From an uncultured cyanobacterium (GTDB lineage: Bacteria; Cyanobacteriota; Cyanobacteriia; PCC-6307; Cyanobiaceae), in assembly GCA_963765575.1 (NCBI GenBank), contig CAVXWZ010000001.1, positions 128,001 through 192,000 of the forward strand: a DNA stretch of 64,000 nt, given 5' to 3'. The translations under genes and the position numbers were made by a program. Below are positions 19,214 through 29,412 of this stretch, one piece after another. Under the pieces are notes generated by a model. It saw nothing but the letters and a program-made list of their open reading frames with translations. It did no database searches and had not been told where the DNA came from. Within the stretch, counting starts at the first letter, position 1, and the number at the start of each line of letters is the position of its first letter.

Positions 19214-19849
19214 TCAGTCTCCGCAGCCGCGCTCAACCACCGTGCGGCGCAGCTCGTCCAGTTGCGGCGACACCGGCGAGCGGCGATCGAACAACAGGGT
19301 CCAGGCCAGGGGCACATCGCCGATCTCCAGGGCCTGCTCAAAGGCCGCCAACCAGGTGTCGGCGTTTGCGCCCAGGGTGTTCAGCAGCGCCATGGTCTGG
19401 TCCATCCGCTCGGCGGAGGCGCCCACCAGCTGCACGTGGGCGAAGGTGTCCGAGGCCGCGCCCAGGGGCCGCAGCTGCAGCAGCACCGGCTCCCGCGGCT
19501 CGATCGGCTCGGCCGGCCAGGGCAGTGGCGTGAGGATCGGCCGGGCCCGGCTGCCGCGCTGCAGCCAGGGAGGCTGCTCCTGCCGCTGGATCTGCAGCTC
19601 CAGCAGCGGTTCGACCACCACCAGCATCGGTTCGGGGGTGAGCACGACCCCGTAGGCCTCCATTCCGTCCAGGGCCTCAATGCGGGGGGCCACCACACAC
19701 ACGGCCACGCCGGGCCCCTCGCGGTTGGCCGCCCCTGAGCTCGCCGCCACCGACAGCGGATCCGACCCTCCCAGCATCAGCGTCGCCAGGCAGGCCGCCA
19801 GGGCGGGCAGCCGCAGAGGCGGCGCGGCGGCAGCTCCTGACCCGCCCAT
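19214..19849 (-). CDS. hypothetical exported protein
   Basis: Signal-like N-terminus, host codon bias. Confidence 0.65.
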   Translation of the reverse strand: MGGSGAAAAPPLRLPALAACLATLMLGGSDPLSVAASSGAANREGPGVAVCVVAPRIEALDGMEAYGVVLTPEPMLVVVEPLLELQIQRQEQPPWLQRGSRARPILTPLPWPAEPIEPREPVLLQLRPLGAASDTFAHVQLVGASAERMDQTMALLNTLGANADTWLAAFEQALEIGDVPLAWTLLFDRRSPVSPQLDELRRTVVERGCGD

Positions 19850-19852
19850 GGC

Positions 19853-20176
19853 TCAGTCCCCCACCGGCGCGCTGATCCGCTCGCCCCCCAGGCCCGTGAG
19901 GCCATAGTCGACCCGGGGCGGAACTGCGGCATGCAGGCGGCGTGTCACCACACCATCGCTTTCCAGGTGGCGCAGCTGGCTGCTGAGCACCTTCTGGCTG
20001 ACGCCCCCGAGGGCCCGCTGATGATCGGAAAAGCGGCGCAGGCCGCCCAGCAGCTCGCCCAGGATCAGCAACTTCCAGCGGCCCTGGATCACGCGCAGCG
20101 CCAGCTCGGCCTTGTATGTGTTGTGATCGTGCCCGTCATCCAAGCCCGTGGGCCGATCCATCGCTGCCGGCTCCAT
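19853..20176 (-). CDS. HxlR-family winged-helix regulator, possibly truncated
   Basis: GRWKLLIL, SQKVLSSQLRHLE, VPPRVDYGLT; C-terminal helix missing. Confidence 0.75.
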   Translation of the reverse strand: MEPAAMDRPTGLDDGHDHNTYKAELALRVIQGRWKLLILGELLGGLRRFSDHQRALGGVSQKVLSSQLRHLESDGVVTRRLHAAVPPRVDYGLTGLGGERISAPVGD

Positions 20177-20330
20177 CGTGTGCTGATCCACCTCTGGCCT
20201 CAATTGTGTGCTGATCCCAGCGTTACCGCCGGGTGGGTGAGCCACCTTGATGTGCCCTCTTGTGCCCTCGCTGGCCCATGGCACAACATCCAGAAGAGAT
20301 CACCACCCCCCATCCTGCCGCCCCAGTCCC

Positions 20331-20843
20331 ATGACCGACCTGCTCGTGATCGCGGCCAGCAATGGCGAAAACCTCGCCCTGGCTGGGCGCTTCGCCGACG
20401 CCGCCCGCCAGCAGGGCCAGCGGGCTGAGGTGCTGGATCTCACGGACCTGAATCTGCCCCTGTTCACCCCCCGCTGCCAGGCCCTGGGCCTGCCCGCGGA
20501 GCTGCCTGCCCTGCAGCGGCAGCTGATCATGGCCCCCCGCTGGGTGATCTGCGCGCCCGAATACAACGGCTCCATCCCGCCCGTGCTCACCAGCGCCATC
20601 GCCTGGCTGTCGGTGCAGGGTGACGACTTCAGGACCCTGTTCAACGGCCGTCCGGTGGTGATCGCCAGCCACTCCGGCGGCGGCGGCGAGACGCTGATGG
20701 TGGCCCTGCGGCTGCAACTGGCGCATCTGGGGGCCCAGGTGGTGGGCCGCCAGCTGGTGAGCACCGGCGCCAAACCGGCCAAGGAGAGCTCCATCACCGA
20801 CCTGGTGCAGCGCCTGATCAGCCTGCCCGCCCCCCAGGCCTGA
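20331..20843 (+). CDS. NADPH-dependent FMN reductase
   Basis: CAPEYNGSIPPVL, SGGGG. Confidence 0.9.
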   Translation: MTDLLVIAASNGENLALAGRFADAARQQGQRAEVLDLTDLNLPLFTPRCQALGLPAELPALQRQLIMAPRWVICAPEYNGSIPPVLTSAIAWLSVQGDDFRTLFNGRPVVIASHSGGGGETLMVALRLQLAHLGAQVVGRQLVSTGAKPAKESSITDLVQRLISLPAPQA

Positions 20844-20855
20844 TCCTCCCCCGTC

Positions 20856-21587
20856 ATGACCTCCACCCCAGTGAGCCCAGCGCCGCTGCTGCGGCCTGCG
20901 GCCGAACGCTTCCACAGCCAGCTCGACTGGCTGGACAGCTGGCACACGTTTTCGTTTGCCGGCCATCACGACCCGGCCTGGATGGGCTTCGGTCCGCTGC
21001 GGGTGATCAACGACGACACCATCGCCGCCGGCCGTGGCTTCGGCATGCACCCCCACCGCGACATGGAGATCGTCACGGTGATGCTCGAAGGCGAGCTCAA
21101 TCACCGCGATTCCCTGGGCCATGCCGCGGTGCTGCGGGCCGGCGAGGTGCAGCGCATGAGTGCCGGCACGGGCGTGGTCCACAGCGAGAGCAACGAGGGC
21201 AGCCAGCCCTGCCGGCTGTTGCAGATCTGGATCGAACCCGCCCAGCAGGGAGGTCCGCCGGCCTACGAGCAGAAGCCGTTCGCCCCCACCCCCACCTGGA
21301 CGGCCCTGCTGGATCCGCAGCGGCGCGCCGGGGCGATGGCCATCGGCCGGCCGGTGCAGCTCTGGCGGGCCCAGCCTGGGCCCGGCACCGTGTTGCCGCT
21401 GCCAGGTGCGGGCTCCCTGGCCCCCAGTCACCACTGGCTGCAGGTCATCGAGGGCTCGCTGGAGCTGGCGGGCCGCTCCCCATCTCCGCTGCGGCGCGGC
21501 GATGGCCTCGGCTGGTTGGCGACCGAGGGCGGAGCCCTGAAGGCAGGCAAGATGGGCGCCGACCTGCTCCTGTTCGCCCTGCGATGA
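20856..21587 (+). CDS. pirin family protein
   Basis: GFGMHPHRDMEI, MSAGTGVVHSE, LQIWI. Confidence 0.93.
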   Translation: MTSTPVSPAPLLRPAAERFHSQLDWLDSWHTFSFAGHHDPAWMGFGPLRVINDDTIAAGRGFGMHPHRDMEIVTVMLEGELNHRDSLGHAAVLRAGEVQRMSAGTGVVHSESNEGSQPCRLLQIWIEPAQQGGPPAYEQKPFAPTPTWTALLDPQRRAGAMAIGRPVQLWRAQPGPGTVLPLPGAGSLAPSHHWLQVIEGSLELAGRSPSPLRRGDGLGWLATEGGALKAGKMGADLLLFALR

Positions 21588-22060
21588 TCCGGCCCGATCG
21601 CACCCCGGCCAGGCCGCCCCTGGCGTCAAGCCCCGGCGCTCCGCTCTCCGTCGCCTGCTCCCTGGCGATGCTGCAGCCTCCCCGGGGCTATCGCACCCTG
21701 GCCTGGCTGGGGCTGGTGAGCAACGTGCTGGTGCTGCCCCTGGTGCTGCTGGTGATCCTGAACCAGCCCACCTGGCGCACCGTGCACATCGCCGTGGGCT
21801 CGGGGGCCGTGCTGCCCACGGCGGCCGTGGGCATCGTGGCTTCGCTGGCCCTGCTGAAGTGGCGGGCCTGGGGGCAGATCCTGGCCATCGTGGCCCTCTC
21901 GATGAGCCTGGCGGTGGCCCTGCCCTACGGCATCGTGCGTCTGGCCCTGCTCAGCGAAGGCCGCCTGGCCACGGCCGTGATCTCGGCGCTCCTGTGGGCC
22001 GTGATCAGCGCCTGCCTGGTGTTCTGGTGCCGCCCCTGCATCCGCCGCTACCTGGTCTGA
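21584..22060 (+). CDS. hypothetical 4-TM membrane protein
   Basis: Hydrophobic helices, C-terminal RPCIRRYL; start 21584 or 21668. Confidence 0.7.
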   Translation: MIRPDRTPARPPLASSPGAPLSVACSLAMLQPPRGYRTLAWLGLVSNVLVLPLVLLVILNQPTWRTVHIAVGSGAVLPTAAVGIVASLALLKWRAWGQILAIVALSMSLAVALPYGIVRLALLSEGRLATAVISALLWAVISACLVFWCRPCIRRYLV

Positions 22061-22169
22061 GCGCAGCGCCGGCTGGCCACTGGCCCCGGCCTTCCGCAGA
22101 TGTTGTGAAGGTGACAGTCAGCAGCTGTCACAAGGGCCATGATCAGGTCACGATGTGCAGACAGTCGCC

Positions 22170-22445
22170 ATGACCGACACCCTCAGCCCCCATCCGGCGC
22201 AGGCCTTTCACCGGGCTCAGCCCCGTGCTGTCCAGCCCCATGTGCGGCTCTACCGCCTCGTGGATGGTGGGGGAGATCCCCATCCGGTGCTCGACGACCT
22301 CTACGAATCGCTGGAGGCGGCCTGGTCAGAGGCCACCCGCTGGTGGCAGAACCACTGCGGTGCCAGCCAGGACCCCGTGGACATCGGCGTGGAGGTGAGC
22401 ACCGCCAGCGGCGATTGGCGCACCCTGCGCTTTCCCAGCACCTGA
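22170..22445 (+). CDS. conserved hypothetical protein
   Basis: YRLVD...PHPVLDDLYES...IGVEVST...WRTLR. Confidence 0.7.
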   Translation: MTDTLSPHPAQAFHRAQPRAVQPHVRLYRLVDGGGDPHPVLDDLYESLEAAWSEATRWWQNHCGASQDPVDIGVEVSTASGDWRTLRFPST

Positions 22446-22462
22446 TGGTGGCTTGCGGGGCA

Positions 22463-23002
22463 TCAGCGCCAGTCGGGCCGGTAGATCCGCAGCCGCGCTG
22501 ATCCCAGGGGGGTGGGATTGGGCTTGGGCCCGTCCGGAAAGGCTGTGACCTGGAAGAGATAGGTGCCGGGCACCGAGGGGTTGCGCCAGGGCTTGATCGT
22601 CACGGTGACCGTGGAGCCAGGCGCCACCGGCTCCGGGAAACGCACGCGCAGGGCGCGCTCCACCTCGAGGAACTCGGCCTCCACCGCAATCGCCGCTCCC
22701 CGTCCGCGGGGCCGGCCCTCAAAGGCCTGGGTGCGATCCAGGCTGAAGGGAAAGATCCGATCCGGTCCCGAGCTCTGGCGGATCAGCAGGCCGCCCAGGG
22801 AGGCGCCTGCCGCTTCATCGAGCTCCACGGTGAAGAAATACTCGGCCCGGGGATCCCCCACGTCGGTGCGGTAGCTCACCAGATCCGCCTTCCACGGCGG
22901 GCGGGTGAAGAAGGTGGAGCCGCGCAGTTCCAGGGCTGCGGTCGGGGCCGCCAGAAGCGGGGCGACCAGGGCGATGCCGATCCCAAAGCCGGAGCGCACC
23001 AT
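22463..23002 (-). CDS. DUF2808 family protein
   Basis: Signal peptide, FPEPVAPG, NPSVPGTYLFQV. Confidence 0.8.
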   Translation of the reverse strand: MVRSGFGIGIALVAPLLAAPTAALELRGSTFFTRPPWKADLVSYRTDVGDPRAEYFFTVELDEAAGASLGGLLIRQSSGPDRIFPFSLDRTQAFEGRPRGRGAAIAVEAEFLEVERALRVRFPEPVAPGSTVTVTIKPWRNPSVPGTYLFQVTAFPDGPKPNPTPLGSARLRIYRPDWR

Positions 23003-23018
23003 GGGGACTCGCACGGGA

Positions 23019-24311
23019 TCAAACCCTAGAGCCGGCCTGGAGGAACGGCTGCGGGTCCTGATCCAGACGCTGGCGCAGGGGGATCGCCATGCCCTGGGCA
23101 GCGGGATCGCGGGGATCGAGCAGCGCCGTTCCCTCCAGCGCGGTGCGCAGCAGGCGGGCGGCGTGCAGCGGCATGTCCCTGGGCACGCTGATGCGATCGC
23201 GCAGGTAACGCAGGCCCGCGGCGCTACCGGCTGGTGGGGCGATCTCCCCGGCGCCCATCAGGCGGGTGAGGGCACAGCGCAGGGGCAGATCGAAGCCCTC
23301 GCTGCCAAGGGGATTGCGGGCCAGCAGGGTGCGGTGGTGGCGCAGCACCCGGGCCAGGGCGGTGGCAGCGGCGTTGGCGGGCGGCGGCTGGCTGGTTTCC
23401 GGGTCGGTGTCACCGCCATCGAGGATCGGCCAGGGCCCGTGATCGATGCGCTGTGCCAGGGCCCGCTGGGCCGCGCTGTTGTTGGCGTGACAGCCCCCCA
23501 TCTGGGGTGGCAGGTCGTGGGCGTGGGTGTGGAAATCGCTCTGGGTGCCGAGGTAGCTGGAGCGCTGTTCCAGGCCGCAGAACCAGCGCTCGATGGCGGG
23601 GTGCTGCTGCCGCAGCAGGAAACCTTTGTAATACGCCAGCGACGCGTTCATGCGCTCCAGATAAGGCACGAACACCAGATCGGCGGTGCCCAGCTCCTCC
23701 CCCAGCAGAAAGGCTCCACTCCGTCGTTCCAGCTCCCGCTCCATGGCCGCCGCCAGCCGCTGGAACCGCTCCCGGGCCCGGGCATCGGTGGCGGCTGGAT
23801 GGGGGTAGCAGAGCCATTCGCACCAGGCCCGGAACAGCTCCCGCTCCAGCCGCCGCAGGGGCAGCACGGCGCTGTCCTGCATGCCGGGCCCGAGGCTGCC
23901 GAAGGCCGCTTCGAGGGCCTCGAGGATGCGGTCGCTCTCGGTGATCAGCTGTCCGTCGAGTTCGAGGGCCGGCAGCATGCCCGAGGGCACCAGCCGCCGG
24001 AACCAGGCCTCCTTGTCCCCGTAGCAGACCATCGTGACCTTGCGCACCCGGTAGGGGATGCGCCGCTCCTCCAGCCACAGCCACACCTTCTGGCAGTAGG
24101 GGCACCAGGCGTGGTGATCGCGATAGAGGGTCACGCGCACGGCCGCCTCCTGCTGGCCGAACAGCCGCAGCAGGGCCCGGGAGCTGGCGGGTCCGTCGGG
24201 GCTGGCGGGGCTGGCGGCGCCGGCGGTCCGGGCCTCCAGCTGGCTCCAGCTCAGGGGCTGGCCAGCTCGCGCCGGGGCGTTGCCGCTTTCTAGGTTCAGG
24301 GTCTTGACCAC
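23019..24311 (-). CDS. glutathione S-transferase family protein
   Basis: [38 protein letters not shown]; start uncertain. Confidence 0.88.
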   Translation of the reverse strand: MVKTLNLESGNAPARAGQPLSWSQLEARTAGAASPASPDGPASSRALLRLFGQQEAAVRVTLYRDHHAWCPYCQKVWLWLEERRIPYRVRKVTMVCYGDKEAWFRRLVPSGMLPALELDGQLITESDRILEALEAAFGSLGPGMQDSAVLPLRRLERELFRAWCEWLCYPHPAATDARARERFQRLAAAMERELERRSGAFLLGEELGTADLVFVPYLERMNASLAYYKGFLLRQQHPAIERWFCGLEQRSSYLGTQSDFHTHAHDLPPQMGGCHANNSAAQRALAQRIDHGPWPILDGGDTDPETSQPPPANAAATALARVLRHHRTLLARNPLGSEGFDLPLRCALTRLMGAGEIAPPAGSAAGLRYLRDRISVPRDMPLHAARLLRTALEGTALLDPRDPAAQGMAIPLRQRLDQDPQPFLQAGSRV

Positions 24312-24327
24312 CGTGTCGCGAAGCTCC

Positions 24328-24846
24328 ATGTTTGATGCCTTCACCAAGCTGATTGCCCAGGCCGATGCCCGCGGCGAATTCCTCAGCCAGGGCCAGATCG
24401 ATGCCCTGTCCGCCATGGTGGCGGATGGCAACAAGCGGATGGATGCCGTCAACCGCATCACCTCCAACGCCTCCGCCATCGTCACCAACGCGGCCCGCGA
24501 TCTCTTCGAGGCCCAGCCCGCCCTGATCGCCCCTGGTGGCAACGCCTACACCCATCGCCGCATGGCTGCCTGCCTGCGCGACATGGAGATCATCCTCCGC
24601 TACGTCACCTACGCCGTCTTCACCGGTGACGCCTCCGTGCTGGAAGACCGTTGCCTCAATGGCCTGCGTGAGACCTACCTCGCCCTCGGCGTCCCCGGCG
24701 CCTCGGTCGCTGAAGGCGTGCGCAAGATGAAGGACGCCGCCGTCTCCATCGCCAACGACCGCAACGGCATCACCCCCGGCGACTGCTCCGCTCTGATGAG
24801 CGAGATCGGCACCTACTTCGATCGCGCCGCCGCCGCTGTCGGCTGA
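24328..24846 (+). CDS. cpcB: phycocyanin beta subunit (stand-alone copy)
   Basis: [31 protein letters not shown]. Confidence 0.95.
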   Translation: MFDAFTKLIAQADARGEFLSQGQIDALSAMVADGNKRMDAVNRITSNASAIVTNAARDLFEAQPALIAPGGNAYTHRRMAACLRDMEIILRYVTYAVFTGDASVLEDRCLNGLRETYLALGVPGASVAEGVRKMKDAAVSIANDRNGITPGDCSALMSEIGTYFDRAAAAVG

Positions 24847-24892
24847 ACCGCACCGCACCGCCATCGGCCGGCGTGCTCCCGATCCCCACAAC

Positions 24893-24922
24893 AAAAGCCC
24901 GGGCTGTCAGGCCCGGGCTTCG
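24893..24922. terminator. likely bidirectional terminator between cpcB and the PII gene
   Basis: aaaagcccgggc-tgtcag-gcccgggctt. Confidence 0.75.
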
Positions 24923-24975
24923 TGTTGGCAGAAGGTCGCTGGGGCACGGCCTCAGGTGGTGCAGCGGGAAGCTGC

Positions 24976-25317
24976 TCAGCCCACGGTGACCTCGCCGCTT
25001 TCGCCGGTGCGGATGCGGATGGTGGTCTCCACCGGCAGGACAACGAGCTTGCCGTCGCCGGCTTTGCCGGTGCGGGCAGCAGTGGCGATGGCTTCGATCA
25101 CGCTGTCGACTTTGTCGTCGTTGACGACCGTGGTGATCATCACCTTGGGCAGGAAGCGGGCGTCCACCTTCACGCCGCGGTAAACCTCGGTGTGGCCCAG
25201 TTGCTGACCGAAGCCCTGCACGGTGTGCACCGTCATGCCATTGATGCCAACGGCCACGAGGGCGTCTTTCACCGGGTCGAGCTTCTCGGGGCGAATGACG
25301 GCTTGGATCTGTTTCAC
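24976..25317 (-). CDS. divergent PII (GlnB/GlnK-like) signal transducer
   Basis: IRPEKL, GFG, YRG, ARTGKAGDGK, IRIRTGE. Confidence 0.92.
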   Translation of the reverse strand: MKQIQAVIRPEKLDPVKDALVAVGINGMTVHTVQGFGQQLGHTEVYRGVKVDARFLPKVMITTVVNDDKVDSVIEAIATAARTGKAGDGKLVVLPVETTIRIRTGESGEVTVG

Positions 25318-25340
25318 GCGATACCAGTGAGATCGCTCTC

Positions 25341-25383
25341 TGTTTAGGGGCTGAGCTGGCTGCGGTCTGTAGCAATGGCAGCA
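25341..25383 (-). promoter_or_regulatory. NtcA-like box plus -10 for the PII gene
   Basis: GCT-N8-TAC on minus strand, 22 nt before TAAACA. Confidence 0.45.
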
Positions 25384-25514
25384 GCTTTGCCAGCCGATGG
25401 CGGTGGGCCCGCGTCTGCTGCGGGCCTCTCCTTGGCGCCAGTCTTCCGGCTGCCGCCCCCGACGTCAGCCCCTCAACACAGCCGCAGGGCCGCAAGGGGG
25501 GGCTGGGGACATTT

Positions 25515-25557
25515 TGTAGCGGATCGAACATCGGCGGGACGGGTGAGGCCGCATTGT
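25515..25557 (+). promoter_or_regulatory. NtcA-like box plus -10 for amt
   Basis: TGTA-GCGGATCG-AACA, CATTGT about 22 nt downstream. Confidence 0.6.
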
Positions 25558-25624
25558 CTCTGCCGATGGATGTTTCAAACACATCCCATTCCCGTTCCCG
25601 TGCAGCCGTCCTTCCGAACTGCCC

Positions 25625-27061
25625 ATGACCATTGCTTCCCCCCCTCCCAGGCGCCCCAGGCGGCTGCAGGAGGCAAGCCTGCTTGAGGCGCCGTCTCTGA
25701 TGCTGCGCAGCATCCGTGGTTTGGCATCGCAGCGCTCCCTCACCTGGTTGGCCTGTGTCCCCCTGGCCTTGCTCGGCCTCGGGGTGTTCAACCTCTCGGC
25801 CCATGCCGCTGAGTTGCCAGAGCTGACCACGGCCTTCCTGGCCAACAACCTGTTCATCTTTGTCTGCGCGATTCTCGTCATTTTCATGAATGCCGGCTTC
25901 GCCATGGTGGAGTCGGGGATGTGCCGCCAGAAAAATGCGGTCAACATCCTGCTCAAGAACCTGATCGTCTTCGCCCTGGCAGCCACTGCTTACTGGTTCA
26001 TCGGCTACTCCGTGATGTACGGGGACTCGGTGCTGGGTGGCTGGCTCTTCTTCAAGGGTCTGTTCTTCGATCCCGCTGTCACCCCTGAAATGGTGACTGA
26101 AGGATCGTTGGTTCCCACCGTCGACTTCTTCTTCCAGGTGGCCTTCGCCGCCACCGCCGCCACGATCGTTTCCGGCCTTGTGGCTGAGCGCATCAAGTTC
26201 GGTGAGTTCGTCATCTTCTCCCTGGTGCTGGTTGGGATCCTCTATCCCATCTCCGGCTCCTGGCAGTGGAACGGGGGCTGGCTCTCTGAGCTCGGTTTCC
26301 TCGATTTCGCTGGATCCTCGATCGTGCACTCCTTCGGTGCCTGGGCCGGTCTGGTGGGTGCCTGCCTGCTCGGACCCCGCATCGGCAAGTTTGTGGGCGG
26401 CAGGCCCCAGGCCCTGCCCGGTCACAACATGGCCATTGCCACCCTGGGTTGCCTGATCCTGTGGATCGGCTGGTACGGCTTCAACCCCGGCTCCGTTCTG
26501 GCCATGGACCAGACGGTTCCCTTCGTGGCTGTCACCACCACCCTGGGTGCGGCCGGTGGCGGCATCTCCGGCACCCTGGTCTCCCAGATCCGTGGCGGCA
26601 AGCCTGATCTGACGATGACCATCAACGGCATCCTCGCCGGTCTGGTGAGCGTCACCGCCGGTTGCGATGGCGTCACGATGTACGGGGCCTGGATCATGGG
26701 CTTCATCGGCGGCGCCCTGGTGGTGTGGTCGGTGGGTCTGCTGGATTCCCTGCAGATCGACGACCCTGTGGGTGCGTTCTCCGTGCACGGCACCTGCGGC
26801 ATCTGGGGCACCCTGGCGGTGGGCCTGTTCAACACCGACAGTGGCCTCTTCTACGGCCATGGCTTCGGCCAGCTGGGCGCCCAGATTGTCGGGGTCATTG
26901 CCTACGGCCTGTTTGCGGCCGTCTCCGCCTGGATCGTCTGGTCGATCATCGGGGCCCTCTTTGGGGGCATCCGGGTCACCGAAACCGAGGAGGTTGAGGG
27001 TCTGGACATCGGCGAGCACGGCATGGAGGCCTATCCCGATTTCGCGGCCAGCGCCAAGTGA
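25625..27061 (+). CDS. amt1: ammonium transporter
   Basis: [46 protein letters not shown]. Confidence 0.96.
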   Translation: MTIASPPPRRPRRLQEASLLEAPSLMLRSIRGLASQRSLTWLACVPLALLGLGVFNLSAHAAELPELTTAFLANNLFIFVCAILVIFMNAGFAMVESGMCRQKNAVNILLKNLIVFALAATAYWFIGYSVMYGDSVLGGWLFFKGLFFDPAVTPEMVTEGSLVPTVDFFFQVAFAATAATIVSGLVAERIKFGEFVIFSLVLVGILYPISGSWQWNGGWLSELGFLDFAGSSIVHSFGAWAGLVGACLLGPRIGKFVGGRPQALPGHNMAIATLGCLILWIGWYGFNPGSVLAMDQTVPFVAVTTTLGAAGGGISGTLVSQIRGGKPDLTMTINGILAGLVSVTAGCDGVTMYGAWIMGFIGGALVVWSVGLLDSLQIDDPVGAFSVHGTCGIWGTLAVGLFNTDSGLFYGHGFGQLGAQIVGVIAYGLFAAVSAWIVWSIIGALFGGIRVTETEEVEGLDIGEHGMEAYPDFAASAK

Positions 27062-27132
27062 GTTCTGGGGGCAGCGTGAACCTTCGGGTCTGAAGCGCTG
27101 CCCGCTCGCCGCTCACCGACTTCAAGAGCACC

Positions 27133-27161
27133 AAGGCCCGCGGCATGCCGCGGGCCTTTTT
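27133..27161 (+). terminator. Rho-independent terminator
   Basis: aaggcccgcggc-at-gccgcgggcc followed by T-tract. Confidence 0.85.
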
Positions 27162-27170
27162 CATCGCCTG

Positions 27171-27208
27171 ACCAACTGCGTCACACCAACTGCGTCACAC
27201 CAACCGCG
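27171..27208. repeat. 14-bp tandem duplication spanning the hemN stop
   Basis: accaactgcgtcac x2 plus a partial copy. Confidence 0.7.
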
Positions 27209-28547
27209 AGCCAGTGGCACGCTGGCGCTGCTGGGGATCGAACACCGCCGCGATCGTGCGGATCAGCCAGCGCCCTTCGCTGGTGACACGCACCTGGCCC
27301 AGGCCGTTGCGCTGGTTGAGCTCCACCAGGCCATCGCCGGCCAGTGCCTGCAGCTCGCTCCATTCCCGGCCGAAGCGTGCCAGCTCCAGGTCCACCCGGA
27401 AGTGGCACATCACCTCCTTGATCAGCTCCCGCCGCTCGAGCACATCGGCATCCCGCACCGCCACCCCCCGCTCCACCGGCAGCCGGCCACTGGCGACGGC
27501 AGCGGACCAGCGCCGGAGACTGCGCTCGTTCTGACAGGTGAGATGGGTGAACTGGCTGATGGCCGTGGGCCCCACGCCCAGCAGCTCCAGCTCACCGCCG
27601 GTGGTGTAGCCCTGGAAATTGCGGTGCAGGCTGCCGTCGCGGGCCGCCACGGCCAGGGAATCGCCGCTGAGGGCGTAGTGATCCATGCCGATGGCGTCAT
27701 AGCCGTGGCCCCTGAGTTGCCGGTTGGCGTTCTCCAGCATGGTGATGCGCTGTCGCTGGCTGGGCAGGTCGTCAGCGGCGATCTTGCGCTGCATCGGCAG
27801 CTGGGCCGGCAGGTAGGCGAAGGAAAACAGGGAGATGCGATCGGGCCGCAGCTCGCGCACCAGCTCCAGCGTGGTGTCAAAGCGCTCCGGGGTCTGCAGG
27901 GGCAGCCCGCAGATCAGATCCACGTTCACGCTCTCGAAGTCAGCCTCCCGCAGCCACTGCATGGAGCGCCGCAGCTGCTCAGCCGTCACCACCCGGTTCA
28001 CCGCCCGCTGCACGTCGGGATTGGCGTCCTGGATGCCGAAGCTGATGCGCTTGAAGCCCAGCTGGCGCAGCTGCAGGGCCTCGTCGCGGCTGAGCCATTC
28101 CGGATTCACCTCGATCGAGGCCTCCAGATCGGCGTCCAGGTCGAAGTGGCGCGCGATCAGCTGCCAGAGCTGGACCCGCTCCTCGGCGTTGAGGTAGTTG
28201 GGGGTGCCTCCACCCCAGTGCAGCTGGGCCACGCGGCGGCGCTGGGGCAGGGCCGCCGCCACCAGTTCCAGTTCCCGGGCCAGGCTCTTGAGATAGGGGG
28301 CCACCACCTTGGAGCCCAGCTGGGTGGTGATCCGGTTGCAGCCGCAGTACCAGCAGGCGTGGCGGCAGAAAGGAACGTGCACATAGAGCGACAGCGCTTC
28401 GCTGCCGGCCTGGGCGAGCTGGGAGCGCACCTCGGCTTCGCCCACGGCAGCGCTGAAGGCCGCGGCGGTGGGGTAACTGGTGTAGCGGGGGACTGGCCTG
28501 TCGTACTTGAGCAGCAGTTCGATCGGGCTGAGGGTGGTGGCGGTCAT
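27195..28547 (-). CDS. hemN: oxygen-independent coproporphyrinogen III oxidase
   Basis: PRYTSYP, CRHACWYC radical SAM motif, GGGTP, RNFQGY. Confidence 0.96.
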   Translation of the reverse strand: MTATTLSPIELLLKYDRPVPRYTSYPTAAAFSAAVGEAEVRSQLAQAGSEALSLYVHVPFCRHACWYCGCNRITTQLGSKVVAPYLKSLARELELVAAALPQRRRVAQLHWGGGTPNYLNAEERVQLWQLIARHFDLDADLEASIEVNPEWLSRDEALQLRQLGFKRISFGIQDANPDVQRAVNRVVTAEQLRRSMQWLREADFESVNVDLICGLPLQTPERFDTTLELVRELRPDRISLFSFAYLPAQLPMQRKIAADDLPSQRQRITMLENANRQLRGHGYDAIGMDHYALSGDSLAVAARDGSLHRNFQGYTTGGELELLGVGPTAISQFTHLTCQNERSLRRWSAAVASGRLPVERGVAVRDADVLERRELIKEVMCHFRVDLELARFGREWSELQALAGDGLVELNQRNGLGQVRVTSEGRWLIRTIAAVFDPQQRQRATGSRLV

Positions 28548-28641
28548 CAAACGGCGCTGGGTGGGCGGGCGTGGGTCGGCGGTGATTGGGCGGGGCGCGC
28601 CAGGCGGTGATGGGCGCGCCAGGCGGTGGGGGAGGTTGCGA

Positions 28642-29325
28642 TCAGCCCAGATGGCCCAGTTCGGCCAGGAGTTTCTGGGTGGCGTGGAAGCCGAGCACGG
28701 CCTCCTCGAGCAGCTCCTCCTCCTCGGCCTCGCTCAGGTCGAGCTGCTCGAAGGCCTCATGGAGGGCGTGCTTGAGCTCGGCGGTGGGGCGCGAAAAGTG
28801 CCAGAAGTCCAGCGGCGGCAGGCCATGGCTGGCAAGGATGGCGTTGGCCTGTTCAGCCAGTTGCTGGCCGCCCGAGAGGTCGCCGCCGTAGCGCACGTAG
28901 ACGTGGGCCATGAAGCGGTGTGGGGCCCGCTGGGCCAGCTTGCGCAGATGCGCGAGCCAGGCGGTGGCAGCCGCTGAGGGCGGGGTGGCCTCGATGGCGG
29001 CGAGCTTGGCGGCGTCGTGGCGCAGGGCCGTGGTGCGGGCCAGATCGCTCCAGGGCATTGACTCGGCGCCGAGGGCGGCGGCCAGCTCAGGTCCGCGCTC
29101 CTCGATCAGCTCATAGGCGGGCCCGAGGGCACGCAGCAGGGCGGCGAGTTGCACCGGGTGTGCCTGGCCGGCCAGCAGGGCCCGGGAGAAGTCCATGCCC
29201 TCGGCCTTGTGATGGGCGGCGCCGATGCGGGCGTGGAGTTTGCGCACCCGCGGTCCGAAGCCCTTGCGGGCGGCGGCATCGGTGGCGTGGGCGTGATCGG
29301 AGATGGAGGCGGGGGTGGCGGTCAC
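28642..29325 (-). CDS. ho2: heme oxygenase (ho2-like)
   Basis: AHHKAE proximal His, AHVYVRYGGDLSGGQ. Confidence 0.9.
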   Translation of the reverse strand: MTATPASISDHAHATDAAARKGFGPRVRKLHARIGAAHHKAEGMDFSRALLAGQAHPVQLAALLRALGPAYELIEERGPELAAALGAESMPWSDLARTTALRHDAAKLAAIEATPPSAAATAWLAHLRKLAQRAPHRFMAHVYVRYGGDLSGGQQLAEQANAILASHGLPPLDFWHFSRPTAELKHALHEAFEQLDLSEAEEEELLEEAVLGFHATQKLLAELGHLG

Positions 29326-29412
29326 GGTGGGCGAGCGTTGGCTACGGTGACAACGCTATAACGCTACCGTTGAACAACAGATGGCTGCTTGGCGATTCGT
29401 CGCAATCGCAGC

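Noticed and set aside
24770..27019. Very long antisense or alternate-frame ORFs (also 26667-28610, 44672-46273, 61336-62931 and many others)
   Set aside because: Shadow ORFs expected in high-GC DNA opposite well-supported genes; no recognisable motifs.
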